Source of the DNA: Oopsacas minuta
Taxonomy: Eukaryota > Animalia > Porifera
Direction: 5' to 3'
Assembly (NCBI GenBank): GCA_024704765.1
Contig: JAKMXF010000299.1
Span: 1,092,863 to 1,156,862, forward strand
DNA length: 64,000 bases
Part shown: positions 48,688 to 61,083 of the stretch, one piece after another
Position numbering within the stretch: position 1 is the stretch's first letter
How the letters are laid out: each line of letters starts with the position of its first letter
The notes under the pieces: generated by a model
Seen by the model: only the letters and a program-made list of their open reading frames with translations
Told to the model about the DNA's origin: nothing
Database searches by the model: none
Position numbers and translations under genes: made by a program

Positions 48688-50640
48688 TTAATTGGGTGAA
48701 TTAACTCTGAGACGTGCGTGAATTGCTTCTGGAGAATGTAGGAGATTTGAATAAAATTGATTATAATCCATACGCATAAGAAAAATAGAAAGATTAGGAT
48801 TAGAGTAGCTCTCATGAATTTCAAACTTCTTATAGAAATCTTGACATTTCATATTAAATTGTGTTCTTAGATGATTGAAATGAAACGCCCCCATACGAGA
48901 ATCTTCTTTAAATATCTTATGGAGACGTTCAACAAATTCAAGTATTTGCAAAATAGCAGCAAATATTTTATCAGATGTAATAAATAGTTTATCAATTAAT
49001 ACTACTAGATATTCTTCATGTAATAAAATAAGTCTCTCAAAATCTTTCAAATTTTCGATTTTCTTGAGAAATAAATTATATTGTACTTCAATTACATCAG
49101 AAAATACATAATACTGAAGACTATCTAAAAAGAATCTCATTTGGTAATTAATCTCCCACATATTCCAAAGTGATCCACCTTTCTTAGAATAATATGATGT
49201 ATCACCAATCTTTCTATAGTTCTTCCAAACTTCAAGCAAACAAACGTGAGCTCTACGGATCTTTAATAAATAATTAAATATTAATTGGTATTGTGCTATC
49301 ACCCTTGAATCAAGTAAAACCTGAAGTGGCCATTCAATTGAACAAGCAAGGATACATTTTCCCAAAATATCAACTTCGGAGCAGATTTGTATTAAGGTAT
49401 CATAACATTGCGAAAGTGGATTAGCAAGTGAAGGTTTTTCAGTGGAAATACGAAATTGAATGGGTAAACGAGTTGTACACCTTTCAGACTGAAAAGAATT
49501 AAACAATTGAACAAAAATTTCATTGATATCTTTTTCCTTTAGTCTAGTATGTTCAGAATCTTTCTTGATTATAGTAACAAGAAATGAAACGAAAAGTTCG
49601 CCAGTTCCTAAGAGAAAGAAATCTTTTATAAGTTTCAATTGCGATAGAACATTCCCCTTTTGATAAATTAATGAGATAACACCATTATTCACTATCCCCT
49701 TCAATAAGTCTATTTCTCGCTCTAACCTTGGTTTCCAGAAGTAGTTTTGGCATAAAATTTGTGAGAATTTCAAGTTAAGTTCTTTTTCACATCCGGAGAG
49801 CAGCCCATTTTCATTGAAACTATACAAACTGTTAACATTAAAAGAAGTCATTGAATTTATTGAAAATGAAAATCGAAATACTGCTTCTCCAACGAATAAT
49901 ATTTTTTCTGCCAATCTTTGTGTAACGCAAGAGGGCAATAGTGCTTTTTGAATGCCAAATTGACTATTAGATAACGAATTATCATACCTTACGATTTTCC
50001 CATTAGCTTCACCGACAACACACGTTTCATCTTCCAACATATTGTCAGGTTTGATAGAGTAGATAAAGAATTCTTTATGCATGTCACATATTAATCCGTG
50101 AATACACCATATCGAAATCTGTTTAAATAAGATTGATTGCATTTTTACGTATAATTTTTTAATCCCAGATTGAATCCTAGCATCTCCAATATTCATTCGT
50201 TTTTCAACAATATCCATAAGGATACACCCATGAGAGCGTTTGGATTGACGAATCTCTGAGATAATATTGTCAATTACGGGGAATAAATGAAAATATTCAT
50301 CCAAGCCATGAACTAAGTGAGATAGTGGGTATGAGGTATATTGTTTTTGATCTGTTTCCAATTGTAAAACTTTTTGCCTGTAATCAGACATTATGTCTAA
50401 TAACCCACTAATAACGGCCTGCAAATATAATCCAGGAGCACGATGGGTACTGTTTTCAGATGATGTAAAATTGAAGTAGCATATATATGAATTGGATAAC
50501 TTGCATAATTGCTGCAAAACATGAATTTCTCCTGGGTGCAAGTAGCATAAAGAAGGATTCAATCTAAAAGAAGTAGAATCACTGCAAATAAAGATATCGC
50601 TCTCTAATCCTATTAATCCCAAGAATATATCGTGTTGCAT
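48688..50640 (-). CDS. TUBGCP4: Gamma-tubulin complex component 4, single exon, 650 aa
   Basis: MQHDIFLGLIG...YLHPGEIHVLQQLCKL...GLYLQAVISGLLDIMSDYRQKVLQLE...HGCILMDIV...KQISIWCIHGL...LAEKILFVGEAV...LKLIKDFFLLGTGELF...WPLQVL...MRFFLDSLQYYVFSDVIEVQY follows the GCP4 N- and C-terminal GRIP domains. Confidence 0.95.
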   Translation of the reverse strand: MQHDIFLGLIGLESDIFICSDSTSFRLNPSLCYLHPGEIHVLQQLCKLSNSYICYFNFTSSENSTHRAPGLYLQAVISGLLDIMSDYRQKVLQLETDQKQYTSYPLSHLVHGLDEYFHLFPVIDNIISEIRQSKRSHGCILMDIVEKRMNIGDARIQSGIKKLYVKMQSILFKQISIWCIHGLICDMHKEFFIYSIKPDNMLEDETCVVGEANGKIVRYDNSLSNSQFGIQKALLPSCVTQRLAEKILFVGEAVFRFSFSINSMTSFNVNSLYSFNENGLLSGCEKELNLKFSQILCQNYFWKPRLEREIDLLKGIVNNGVISLIYQKGNVLSQLKLIKDFFLLGTGELFVSFLVTIIKKDSEHTRLKEKDINEIFVQLFNSFQSERCTTRLPIQFRISTEKPSLANPLSQCYDTLIQICSEVDILGKCILACSIEWPLQVLLDSRVIAQYQLIFNYLLKIRRAHVCLLEVWKNYRKIGDTSYYSKKGGSLWNMWEINYQMRFFLDSLQYYVFSDVIEVQYNLFLKKIENLKDFERLILLHEEYLVVLIDKLFITSDKIFAAILQILEFVERLHKIFKEDSRMGAFHFNHLRTQFNMKCQDFYKKFEIHESYSNPNLSIFLMRMDYNQFYSNLLHSPEAIHARLRVNSPN

Positions 50641-51467
50641 TCTAACTTAAATATCTTGTGAAAAGATAGAATATGCAATGTAAATAATATTACTTGTTCA
50701 GTAAACAGAAATTGGGATGTGCCATTTGGACGATTTATCAATATATTAGGTGAGTGATGTAAATAAATTAGAAACTAGTGTTGTAAATAAGTGAAAATTC
50801 CATCATTGGCCTATGATAGGAGTGTGAATGTTCTTCTTATAAGCTAAAACATATGCATGCATATATATCCCCAAACACGTAAACATTGTGCATGAGTCTT
50901 AAAAGTTCTTATATAATATGCTCACAGAAAAATATGTCTAATTCCTAAAATAGGAAATACAAAATAGAAAACAAGATACTGTAATGAGTCGAAAGCTATA
51001 TTGGGCCAACCCGTGGCAATTTGGAATAAAATTTTCGATTTAATATTAAACAAGCTTTGAAATGTAAGCGACTTCCCAACCTAGCATGTCGGAATTGAGG
51101 TAACAGAGAAAATGAGATCGGTAAGCAAAAGTACTAGAAAGATGACATTATGAGAAAATGTAAGCCAACAGATAAAGTTTCGTAACCTAATGAAAAAAAT
51201 TCCATGACAATAATCGAATTAGAACAAACTCATTTAGGTGTCTAGATCAGATACAACCAGCGCGCTCCGCTTGCTAGATCGCTGTACGACAGCTTAGGGC
51301 CTCAGGCTAAGCTTAAGTATGAACCAGCTAAATTTCTTAGTTATATTGGTAACTACGCGATGAAGTATATAGAATATCAGAAATTTTAAGATTGTATTAT
51401 CCATGGTATATTAAAATTACATTTAATGGCCTTCATTGGTGACAATTGAGTTGCCACGTGGGTTAGG

Positions 51468-51915
51468 TTAGTAATTTCGGCACTTCGTGACTCAGATACA
51501 AAGAAATTCTCAAAAACTTTGACATTTGGAAAATTAATACTATTTCTACATTCATGATGGAATTATAATTCCATGATGATTTAGCATTTGGTGAAAGTGA
51601 AGACGTCGGAACTTGTGGTATATTGAGGGGTAACTGTGATTCAGATTTCAACCATCTAGTACATATTTTGCTGAGCAGTCGCGAATTTTGGAATTTTCCC
51701 AAAATCGAAAGAGGTGAAATAACGCCATAATTTCGTCCTAGGTGTGAATTTTCGTCCAAGACTCAGATATGTCCCAGCCAGGCCAAAATACCCCGTGTGC
51801 CAAAAATCAGCCCTGGGGGTCCTTGAGTTTCTTCAACAAATTCTGGACAAACAAACGCAGATATAGATATAGATATACATACATTCTACATACAGATTAA
51901 TTGCGCAATTATGTA
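51468..51915 (+). repeat. Helitron-like repeat, near-complete copy
   Basis: TTAGTAATTTCGGCACTTCGTGAC 5' end, shared internal blocks (TTTTCGTCCAAGACTC), GATATA/CATA microsatellite and GATTAATTGCG 3' end. Confidence 0.55.
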
Positions 51916-52299
51916 GTAAACAATTACAATGGGATAAAAAGTATTTGAATATCTTCCCATTTCCATAAGTGGAACCACTATTTGCGATCTCCGCATTTAT
52001 TATGGGAGATTTTAATAACCCAAATTTAATTAACCATATAATAAAGATCAGACTATGTTTTGCGAGTACAGCAAGTTTCTTCTATTTCCCATGCGTTCAA
52101 AGTTATAAACAATTATCTGTCTTTGATCCCTATAGTTCACCCAATGAAATTTAAATACTTCAAAAATGCACAAATTAATGATACATAAAATCAAACCTCT
52201 ATATTTGGAACATCCAGGGGACCGTTAATTAATCAAAGATTACACGGAAATAGCATAACATTGAAATTTAATAACAGAATACTGTCCGGAAAATCTGTC

Positions 52300-52430
52300 A
52301 CTTAATGACGTCAATAAGGTGGTAAAATCCCGATTTGCGTGCGGGAATTGGTTGAAGCGTAGTGGTAAATTTTAGTGTTCCTTTTTGTTACCAACGTAAC
52401 ACTTCGACAATAATCCGAGATAGAAGAGTA
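52300..52430. mobile_element. Partial terminus of the piggyBac-type family
   Basis: CCCGATTTGCGTGCGGGAATTGGTTGAA...AACGTAACACTTCG resembles the right end of 33310-34418. Confidence 0.45.
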
Positions 52431-53099
52431 ATTTTAAATGTTGCTCTATCATGAAGCAGTCATTGGGCCTTTTTAGGGCGGATATTTCAACTAGGGGTGT
52501 ATTCGTAAGTATAAAAGTAAGGGAACGCTCCAAAGAACTACCCCTTCCGTAGTTTTCTAGGCTTGTCTACATTAACGTCATATGAATTACAAGATATTTA
52601 CACTAAATATATAAAATTCAAAGTAAAATACATGGATGCAACCATATTTAGTGCTTTTAGCTGAAATCGAAGGAACATAAGCATTTCACACATACAAACG
52701 ATACTTACACAAAAATTGGATAATATAAAAAATATTACTTGGGAATAAAGTGTTGACTATAATGTTGAGCTCTAATTTCTAAACTGAAAATATAGTTTAA
52801 TAATCCAAATAATTCGATAAAGAAGCCCCTTTGCGTTCGCCTTCGTTCCCTGCCGTACACTCCCCAATACAACCTGAAATTTGCAGCGTAACAATAGTAA
52901 AGAGACCTATTATTCAATGTCAGAGCCTCGCCCGCTCAGATTGATTGAAATAACTTTCCAAGATGAAATAACTAGGTAACTCCTACTTATGGCTAATGTA
53001 CTCAACAAATACTAGTTGAATAAAATCCAAAACCTGTTTAATGAAATTCACTATTTTAACATTTAGAAACTAAAATTTATAGAAAACATTTGTTTTTTG

Positions 53100-53584
53100 A
53101 CGCAAAATCCTGGTAACGTACAAAATTTGATGAATAATTCAAATTCAATATAGACAGTACCCTAGTGCCGAAAACTGGGAGCAATCCCAGCGGAACGCCG
53201 ATATTGTTCTCAGTTTTTGAAATTCATTCTATCAATGAGCACAGTTTCAGTTACAAATTTCAACAATAATTCAATTACAATTCTAACACAACGAAAATAT
53301 AATTTTGGCCAATTTCCAGCCTCCTTCAACAAAAGCACAGTAAAAGTTAGCCCCGTTTATAAAGAAAATCGGACTTTGGCCGATTTCATTGAAACTTTCT
53401 TAGGAAAATATAGCAGAGACCTGGACTGTGCTTTACCTATTAAACTAATACTGATGGGAGACTGTGTCATTTTTGGCATCAAAAAGGTGGCAGAGCCTCG
53501 ATTTGCGTGCGAGAATTGGTTAAAACGAGGTGGTGAATTTTAGTTTTCCTTATGTTCCGAACGTAACACTTGGGCAGTACTCGG
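53100..53584. mobile_element. Partial second copy of the piggyBac-type MITE
   Basis: Colinear with 33950-34418; ends ...CAGTACTCGG-TTAA. Confidence 0.6.
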
Positions 53585-53809
53585 TTAAGACTTATGATAT
53601 GTATGATGATCGAGTATGAAATTAAAATGTGGATTTAGCGATTAATATAATATATGAAATACATAGTGAACTTTAACTGCCTTGACATGAGCTTTATAAC
53701 ATTAACCCTTTGATTACTTATTAGGCTTTCACTACAACTCCAAACACATGACATTTGTAATTGTTGAGCGCCTTGATTAGATCTAATGAATGTAGTACTT
53801 CTATTACTG

Positions 53810-54715
53810 CACAGTATGGCAAATGGCGATTATGGGGTAATAAGTACTTACACTGAAGATATATGTTGAAATGTTGTCATATAAAGTAAATCGTCTCTGT
53901 AGATTTCAAAAATGGCACCAGATATTTAGTTTCACTTCTGGAAATGGGACTATGACGTAATCTGTGGTATTTTGATTAATTAATAATTATGGTTCAAGAA
54001 TAAATGAGTTTTAAATCTTTCAGGGTTCTATATCTGAAAATAACAATGCGCATACTGAATTCAATCCTAAATTAGATACTTATAAAATGATACTAATAAA
54101 TTTGAAATACAGTAATTTTAATATGATATAACGAAAATTACAATTTTTCTAGAAATACATTTCATCCGAATCGGTGTACCCCATACACTCAATGTCAAGA
54201 AAAGTTTAAGTGAGGGGTTTTGGGCGGGCCTAGAAACTATTTAGAATGATATTTAGAAAGATATACTATGTGAAATTTTGGACTACACTACTCGAAATTA
54301 TTTGCATTGTAAGATAGGGGACTTCAAATATAGGTCAAGGAGCAGAAATATGGATAAAAAGAGAGGACTAAAAATACTCGAGAATGAAAAAATAAAGATT
54401 TGATTTGTTTTGTAAACTGGTTAAAATTAATCACATAATGCATACGAATACTGATTAACGCATTGAATTACCAAAGTTACAGGAATGCTGGAATATCGCA
54501 AGGCGTTGAAGTGTATTTATTTGTGGTTTTCAAAATTTCAAATTTTAGCCTAAGTTTGACACTTTGGTTAGACATGTTATAAGTTCATTAAGTAACTAAT
54601 AATAGCATAATTCTAGGTTTGAAATAGCTTTAAACCGAATATACAGATTAATTTTGGTAAATAGCGAAGTTCAATTTTCACTTATTACCGCATAATTGCA
54701 CACAATGTACTGTTG
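53810..54715. mobile_element. Transib-type non-autonomous element (~0.9 kb)
   Basis: Starts CACAGTATGGCAAATGGCGATTATGGGGTAA; ends TTACCGCATAATTGCACACAATGTACTGTTG. Matches 15937-18166, and its subterminal region resembles 10362-10520. Confidence 0.7.
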
Positions 54716-56103
54716 CCGACTTTAGGATCGGAGTATCTTAGTCTCTTTCGTCATCTACTTAGATTTTTTTCACTTAATGCTGGTAGTATAAATTTAGCGG
54801 TGAGCCTTCATCAGCTTCAGCAGATGCATGCACTAATCGTGCATATTCATGAGGAAGAATTAGTGCATTAATCTCCTGAAAAATTTGGTTCTATTACTGG
54901 CAGTCTAATTAATTATCAATCATATTCTGGATAATATCTGTTCAATATTAGTTTGTTCTTAGAAACATAATCCAGCATTTTAAAACATTTCTGAATGGTT
55001 TGAGATTGAACATTTCCTAAGCTTTAGAAGACAAATACAACACATGCTTAACATTAAGTATTAGTGTATCAAAATCTATATCTAACGCATGCTTAACAAA
55101 AGTATACATGTATCAAAAACTACAGGTATCCAAAATTACAGAATTCACATTTGAAGGAACCAAATGCTAACTACGAAAAGCGGCCATTGGAAACGTGATT
55201 TTTGGTGGTTTACTGGTGAAAGAATAGCCAATGGAAAACACGAAATTTCGGTACTTCAAAGTAGTCACAAAATCTTATATCCAATATTGCTGAAATATTT
55301 TTCCCTAGCAACGCGGGAATATGTCCGGAATGCAACAAAATTCCATCCTTAATATTTTCTAACCACATCTAGTAATCCCGAAACTGCTACGCCAATTGAG
55401 CCTAGTTATACACATATCGACACTCGAGAGTATCTTTCTCTGGGGTTTCGTGATTTAATGCAATTATTTAACATATTCGTTACAGTTACATGGTGTCTTC
55501 GTCTGTTTTTGTGAGAAATATAGTTATTCGTATATCAGATATTTTAAGTATAGGTCCAGGTATATGACCAAGTATAACATACTATACATAAGGCAATTGT
55601 GCTCATTGAAAATTTTGGACCAGGAACATAGATATAAATCAATATATTCATAAAGGTAATTTTATTGAATTCGTGATATAATAACTGTACAGTTAGAAAT
55701 TATACTTGTTTGATTGGTACGTAGAATTACCGTTATCAACATATTTCGGGTCGAAATGATGTCAGATGATTACGTAGTACGCACTTTGCTCTCAAAATAT
55801 ACGAACTTTGTTGTCCTGTGAATGTTAAAATTTATCACTTTTGATTCCAGAATTGTCAACAAGTGATCTGAAGACGTTTTCATACAAAATATCTCTATTT
55901 TGTCATGATAATGTTATCTTGTTATTGAGCTATAATAGTGACAATAGATTGCAAATATCCGTAAATATCCATCCAGAACTAGAAATGACCATTACTTAAT
56001 CAAATTACGTCATTTCAATTAAGTAATCATATGATGTCATTTTAATCAACAAACGATTTTTATGTATATGTCATCAAAGAATATATTGCCATAAAATGCT
56101 GTC

Positions 56104-56290
56104 AAGGGATGGCCCAGAAGCAATGTTGCGGCCGAATAGTTCAATATTCGATTACCAACCGAATATCTGTATTAGGTATTCGGTTGGTTCAAACAGACTA
56201 TCATAAGAAGTATTCGGTTGATTTATCCGAATATTATCAGCATTCTGTTTGGCAATCCGATTAATATCAGTATCCGGTTATGCTACCAAG
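56104..56290. mobile_element. hAT (Ac-like) terminal/subterminal remnant
   Basis: CAAGGGATGG start followed by repeated CCGAATA/TATTCGG motifs in both orientations. Confidence 0.4.
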
Positions 56291-58884
56291 ATATATATTG
56301 ATATTAGTTTCGATTAGTTTCAACCTTCACTAGACGCGCTAAAATTATTATAATTTCTGGCTCTCATGATCTTTTCATTTGTCTTACGATTTTGTGTCTA
56401 TACTGACTTGAGTTTCCTTGGCTCGGTCGTAAATATTAAATCCTAAGTCTCAAGATAGAATGGTGAGATTTTTCACCAATTTCATTATTTCTAAAGTTAT
56501 TAAGTTAGGAGCCCTGTAATATACGAACTAGAACCTATAACTGAGTCAATAATTAGTAAATATTGTTTACGATCTTGAAACACAATAGCCCTTATCAAAA
56601 TAAATCCCAGGACAGTTTGGGTTTATCCCTGGAGGCCAGGACATATGACTAGATTTCCAGACTGTCCAGGAATTTCCTAGGAGGTAGGCAGGTAATATTT
56701 TCAGCATTCTAGGACAGTTTTATTCAATGTGTGCGAGCGTACACCAGGCACTCATTTAGTCCAAGAATTAAATGATATATTTCTGACTCCGCAACCGGCA
56801 TAAAGTATTTTTTCGTTTCTATACATTCATTAGCATCAATTTACATTCTCATTATGGAACAAATTGAATAATCTCCGTTTACAATGGCTTTGATATTTAC
56901 TAGTCTGCAGTTAGTAGGCTATTCGACTAGGGTCACTTAAGTCACTAATTTGACTCACTTATGCTCATCAGATTTAAACGAAATTAGATGATATTTAAAG
57001 TTTTCACATTGAGTAACTTTGTTAGTTAGAATTTTTAAAGTCACGACCTCCTTGAATTTACCCATCCAAAATTCACAATTCGATTCTTAAATTCTCTTTG
57101 TATACTTTGGTGATATAAACATTTATCAAAATTCAATTTCTTCAAAAAATAGGGGAATTCAAATTTAAAGTCGGGAGTAAGAGTGGTAGGCGATGAATCA
57201 TATCATACATAAAGTAGGGTCAGTTCACATTCATGTTTCTTACCCAAATTCCGAATGATAATCGATAGTTGTGATTTAGATGTCAATGACACTATCGATA
57301 TTTTCATGAAACATTTTCACCAGCAATGACCTGCAACAATCGATAAATTCTCAGGTTTTTGTATTTACGAATTCTAACTGTGTCATAAATACTTGAAGTT
57401 ATTCTCTTTGCAACCCCTTCAAATTTATGGATACCTTCTTCCGCATCATATATTTCAATTTCCTTAAACCAAACTGGGGGTCACTAGACTCATTCTATGA
57501 TTTTGTTTATTTTTTTGTTTTTCATAATTTTCCTCAGTTGCTTCACTATAATTATAGCGTTTTCGATCAATTATGTGTTCAAATTTACCTTCAAACTGAT
57601 AAGCAGTATATTTGGGTGAAACTGGTCAATTGAATCTTTAGGTAAGGAAATCTAGAATTTTAATTTTTAGACTTTACGAGATAGTATGAAAGTTGATTTT
57701 TGGTCTCAGAAATGATCATTTAGGGCTACGCAAAGCTTATTCTTCTGTACTATGAATTACAAACACACATTTCTTTGAAGATTTTTCCAATGTGTTGATA
57801 ACTCCTGCGTATCTGGAAAAAATTCTGAAATGTTAGTAATTTCGTAGTTTTTGTTGTGGATTATTTTCAAGTTGTGACGTATTGGAGTAAATTGGAATTA
57901 ATTTTTGGAATCAGCCTAGAAATATTGCTAGAAAAATTTATAATTCAAAGAAGAAGAATTTTAAAGTTGATTAACGTTGACCAGTGTAATTTATGTACTT
58001 CGAAAGAGTTGTCAGGTTTACTAATACGAATCTCTCAGTGAATAAATATTTGGTATGAAAGAGAGGGCCTTGAATAAGTTGTAATATCTAGAAACGTGAT
58101 TATCTTCAATTTGGGACTTTTTGGTTACAATTCAAAATTTATCCTTCAATTTCATAATATATTCACAACGATCAGCAAATTCGGTATAATTGTGTAGTGC
58201 TAATTATTAATCCAATAGAAGTATCTTTTACGAGCAGAAATCATATTTCAGCTTCAACAATCTAGAATACAAAGTTGTATTGTTCATTATCGAAACTATG
58301 AAGGTGTATATCCTAATAACCATTTTCACTTCTTCCATATCACATGAAACTGAAGATTACATAGAAACAATACATAAAATTATACCAACACAGGTAATTT
58401 CTGATATAGAATTATACAGGAAATATCCGATCTACATTTATAGAAATTATATTTAGTATTAACTTGCACACAAAAGGAGTTGATATACATTACCCAAGTA
58501 ATAACAGCATCAATTTACACTGATAATTAGAAATTATAGTAATTTTTACCAATCTCATATTATAGAATTTCTTCATCAAGATAGTTTAAAGAGATAAATA
58601 TAGTCTTTCTGAGTGAATTTATGTAAATATACATTGCAATTCATCTGTATTGATTGAAGGGTGCAATTCTATTGGTAAAGAAATATATATGGTGTTAAAT
58701 GATATTATATATCATATGATTATCATTATTCACGATCTAATTTATGCGTTTCCGATAATTTCGACACTTCCTGAAACTAAAATAGAGAAACATGTCCTCT
58801 CTCTCCATCTGGTATTAATAACCGTAAGAGACATCGACAAATATCCTTTGTAGAGATGTGCATGATGCCGAAGGCTAGTCTAAA

Positions 58885-59560
58885 ATGGATCCACTAATAA
58901 TACGGATCAAGAGCAAGAACCACACCTTTATTTCGAACAACAATAGAAGCAGATGTCGAATCTGTGGATTTATGTGGCATGAAATCGTGATGGGTGAAAC
59001 TGACTTAGTGCCTCATAGAAAGGTATGTCCCTTTAGTCTGCATTATTTTCCTTGCAGAACTTTTGGGGAAATCATCCGATTAATTTATAGTCTCAAACAA
59101 TTGCTTCGAAACATATGATTTCCTGCAATATGTACAGGAACACGACATCGTGATATGTTACCCATGCATCCAAACACTACAGGAACGAAAATTCCCAAAT
59201 GATGTAAGAAATGAACATTCATTTACTAATAGCAATATTGGACTTAGCAATTGGACAACAAGAATGACTCATCTCTTCATTCTTGCTATTGAGAAGGACA
59301 AATCTGAGGAAATAAACTTTGAAAATAGCGAGAGCGTTCAGAGATAATGAACGTACCGAAAGGAAGTTTGGGAGATTTCATCAACTATAATCACAAGATT
59401 CTTAAGTTTATGTAATTTATATTGAAATTACCCTTAATCCTCCATGATATACGAACTTCTGACGCCCTGCAGTCAACGATTGAGCGATAACGTGATGACT
59501 GCAAACTTTGTTGTATTCAAGTTTCAATAATTTCGGTTGTCTAATTTTTCCATAGATGAA
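58885..59560 (+). mobile_element. hAT (ZMYM1-like) N-terminal TTF zinc-finger remnant
   Basis: FPCRTFG...YDFLQYVQEHDIVICYPCIQT...EHSFTNSNIGLSNW resembles the TTF-type zinc finger; stops and frameshifts present. Confidence 0.5.
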
Positions 59561-61083
59561 CTGGAGGTGTATAAAGAATAGAAAGATATTTGTTGTAGAC
59601 TTTTGTTTAGATACTAACCTAGCGTTGAATGAATACGAGATCACTGCAAACTTGCATGTATTCGGGTATTAATAATTGCATACTCGTAAATTTCGATATT
59701 GAATCGACGAACTTCGATTTCATAAATAGAATGATTTTCTGCACTCGACTCTAACATTCTACATTCTGCGATAAATTCAAGATTACTCTTCCATTCATAT
59801 TGTAAACACCCTAATTGTGATTGCAGAACTCTTTTTGGGTTTACCCGTAGGATATAATTAATTATTATAGGTAGTGCAGAGAAAGTTCACTTCTCCACTA
59901 AGATGAAGGTCCTGACAATGTGCTTAGCTGGAGTGATGTCGACGGGTTCGCTGGTACCTGCTTACCTATTGTATCTTTTTTTGTTGTGGAAAATTGATTG
60001 TCGATAATTAACTCCTCCTAATAATCTGTGACACTGGGACACGATTATATCTCCTTATATATACGCATATACACACATTGGGTCATCTCTAGCTGTCCAT
60101 TTCTCTAAATGTCCGGGTTATCCATAAGCACTGCAAGCCTGGAGTTTTAACTTTTGAATTTTCCAAAATCGATTGTCGTTATGCTGTTCGCCTGTAAATT
60201 TGGGACATTGTACATGGTTAGTTTATGACATTTGTACATTGAAGTTCAGAGATCGACAAAAATGACATGATACTACCCCTCTATGTTATCATGATTATTC
60301 GATTTATGAAAAGTTTATGTATATAAATACATGTAGTAATAAGTTCCTAACATGAATAGAGATGTCATCAAGATACTATTTAAGCCATTCTACTTCCTCT
60401 TACGCTGAACATTATATATATATACCTGACAAAGGGTAAAAGAAGAACAAGTAAAAAATACACAGTAAGAATCTATCAACGGGAGAAGAGACGTCAGCAT
60501 CTCTCAAAAATATCAGCCCTAGTAAAAGTAAGGGATCAACTCCAAAGGGAGTTAGTCATGCTTAGGATGGAAGTGGCTGAGCTATGGAAGGTGGAAATAC
60601 AACTTTTGCAACGTTTATAATACTAAATAATAATATAAACTTTATTATATTATTATTGTTTTATTAATATAATAATAATAATTATTATAATTTGTGTTTT
60701 GTGAGCTTGTAATGGTTAACAATTAATATTAGAATCATAATTTTTACAAACCCAAATTTAATTTAATACAAAATAATACTACATACTCGATATTAAGATA
60801 ATCTACAAAAGGGTATCACTTCCTAGCCAATTAATTTACACATAATCCATTGATCGAGTGCAAATCTAGGACGCAATTAGAAATCTGAGAGTGATGAAGC
60901 AAGGATGAATATTGGAATTTTATTATCCTTTTCTTCTCTTAGATATTATTTTCCCCAAAATTCCCTTAGATAATCTGTATTTTTAATATATTTATACACC
61001 AGTTTTATTTTTTACTCGTTTTCCATTACATGTATCTATTAGTTTGATAAATAATTCCTTATTGTCATTTATCTTGTCTATAT

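Noticed and set aside
58300-58850. Signal-peptide-like short ORF (MKVYILITIFTSSIS...)
   Set aside because: About 52 codons, expected by chance in AT-rich DNA; downstream frames are full of stops.
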